Source of the DNA: Felis catus
Lineage: Eukaryota
Assembly: GCF_018350175.1 (NCBI RefSeq)
Contig: NC_058368.1
Location: 151,530,001-151,594,000, forward strand
Length of the DNA stretch: 64,000 nt
Direction of reading: 5' to 3'
The notes under the pieces: generated by a model
Databases searched by the model: none
What the model saw: only the letters and a program-made list of their open reading frames with translations
What the model was told of the DNA's origin: nothing
Made by a program: the position numbers and the translations under genes
In this document: positions 62,017-64,000 of the stretch, one piece after another
How positions within the stretch are numbered: the first letter of the stretch is position 1
How the letters are laid out: every line of letters begins with the position of its first letter

Positions 62017-64000
62017 ATTTCTATTGTGTATGAGAAAATCTGGAAGGTAGAAGTCATTTTCCTCCAATTTTCACACTGCCTACAATTTTTCAGCTCTTCC
62101 TTTCGCCTGGTATTTTCTTTAGAGCCAAATAAGTAGATTCATAGTTTTCGTTACCCTAGAGAGCCCCTTTTCATCATAAAGTCTAATAAGAAGGCCCCAG
62201 ACATAACTACAGTGTCCCAGACTGCCCTTTACACGAGACGAAAGGTAAAACGAGCTGATCAAGTAACAAACTACAAATTGATGCAGGCAGTGAGAACAGA
62301 AGCCTGGTTTTCTGCCCTATAACGTCTGCACAGAAGTGGAGAATATGGTTAAAAACATTGGCGGCAGCCAGTTACCGGAATAGCTAGCACTTCCAGGAAC
62401 AAATGCATTCCTAATGAATTTGTGGACACTGCATTTACCGCAACAACAGCAGGTTTTCTCACATATGCACTCCACAGCACCCGCCTGCACAGGGTTTATT
62501 GACCTTCTGCAAACACTGACGGAAGAGGGGGCTGCCAGAGAGTGAGAGGCAGAGAGCCATCCAAAACATCTTGGAAAGGCCTCTGAGAGAATTTTTTAGT
62601 GTTTAGAAGACATACTATTCTTCTCTCTGCCAAAGTCTTTCTTTCTTTTTTTTTCTGGTTAAAGCATTCAAAGAGTGAAAAAAAAATATGGTTTCCTAAT
62701 GACATAGTCATGCAGTCCCTTCCAACATCCACAATACCTGCCGAGATCTTGTTTCATTCTAAGGCAGCTCAAGTGTCTTGATTGTAGTATAAACATACAT
62801 CCTGATTGACTGAGAAAGGCTTTTTTCTCCCACTGTTCATTTACATGGTTTTATAATCTTCCTGTGTATTAAACAGTAAGTCTAGCATGAAGAAGTATCT
62901 TTCCACAGGGCACAACCTCACTTAAACACTAAAGTTTGGAACTTGGAACTGGTTGGAGAGAAAATACAGTTTTTTCCCCCCACATCTGGCTGTAGCCAGA
63001 GGAACTGAAGTCATCAAACAATGTTTTAGAGACCTCAAAGTCACTGGCTGGTGTCACCACTGGATACTGATAACAACTCAGTATACCCTAGTAAGTAAAA
63101 AACCACAGAGTTCATGTTGGAGGAAAGATTCTTTATGAATCAAAGTAATTGTCTTCCTAAGAAGTGTCTCACATTTTGACACCTCACCAAACTGTCCAAG
63201 GATAAATATTTAAGGCCTAACTGATCAAACATTACCATCTTATTCTCCTTTACTCAAGAGCTGACCTCCCTAGAACATATCTCTCTAACTGGAATAATTC
63301 AGTTCCGCTGGCAAAATACTCTAATGAAAACTGACATCCATTTGCCTCTTCTTTTAGGCACTGGAATTAACGTAACAGAGCTCTCTAGCCACGATCTGTT
63401 CTATTTGTGAACAATAAAAGAACAACAGTGATATTAATTGCTGTGATTCAGGTAAAGTACATATTGTGGTCATCACCACTGTTTGCTCTGCCCCACCCCA
63501 AACCAAAAACATATAGAGATAATGGTGCCAGAACAAACTGCAATCAAACTTTAAATCCTCAAGCCACTATTCTGTATATGGATCTGGAATAAATGATACA
63601 AGTGTCACATTTATCATTTCATTTTACCAGTGTTATTACTAGCTCAATTAAAGACCACATCCGGTAAAACCTTGTTTTAATGACCAGCTCCAGACATTAC
63701 ATTTCTGCTGCTCTGGTTGGTTGTGGTTGGCATCTAACTATTGAATAAATGGCTCTATCCTTAAAATATTGGGTTAACTTACTGATTTGAAACCACTTCC
63801 CAATAACAGTCAACAGTGGCCACCCAGCTGAGATCAGAGGAGTAGAAATAGGCCTTTATGACAGGCACAAGGTAAGAAGTTACCTGTCAAACAATCAAGA
63901 CTTGAAAGCATCCTAGAATGCTAGATCTGTAAATAACTAAAGTCACTAACCACCATGTGTTCACTCCAGGTATCACCAGTTCCTGTGTAATTGAAGACCC

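Noticed and set aside
1..64000. Prokaryotic-type systems (CRISPR arrays, operons, defence islands) or a novel multi-gene system
   Set aside because: The sequence is mammalian and repeat-rich, with no long ORFs, no regularly spaced repeat-spacer array and no gene cluster.

Overview
This is AT-rich eukaryotic (mammalian) DNA, not prokaryotic. The feliform-type Can-SINEs (SINEC_Fc-like) and felid/carnivore L1 3' ends indicate a cat-family or close feliform genome. I found no recognisable protein-coding gene, structural RNA gene, CpG island or CRISPR array. The ORFs in the track are microsatellite, SINE/L1-antisense or unrecognisable translations. The window looks like the interior of a very long intron or a gene desert. 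It holds 7 Can-SINEs, 4 L1 fragments, several MaLR/ERVL solo LTRs, two hAT MITEs (MER94-like and MER53-like), many old MIR/L2 fragments and microsatellites, separated by unique stretches with enhancer-like motif clusters. The most notable observations are: two + strand 3'ss/5'ss juxtapositions (YAG|GTAAG) resembling recursive splice sites, an intact (CG)12 run inside a CpG-decayed SINE, a 40-bp perfect (GT)8(GC)4(AC)8 palindrome, a 37-kb interval without Can-SINEs, and several exon-shaped segments of unknown status. None of this establishes a novel system. Repeat subfamily names come from recalled consensus sequences, and boundaries of old repeats are approximate.
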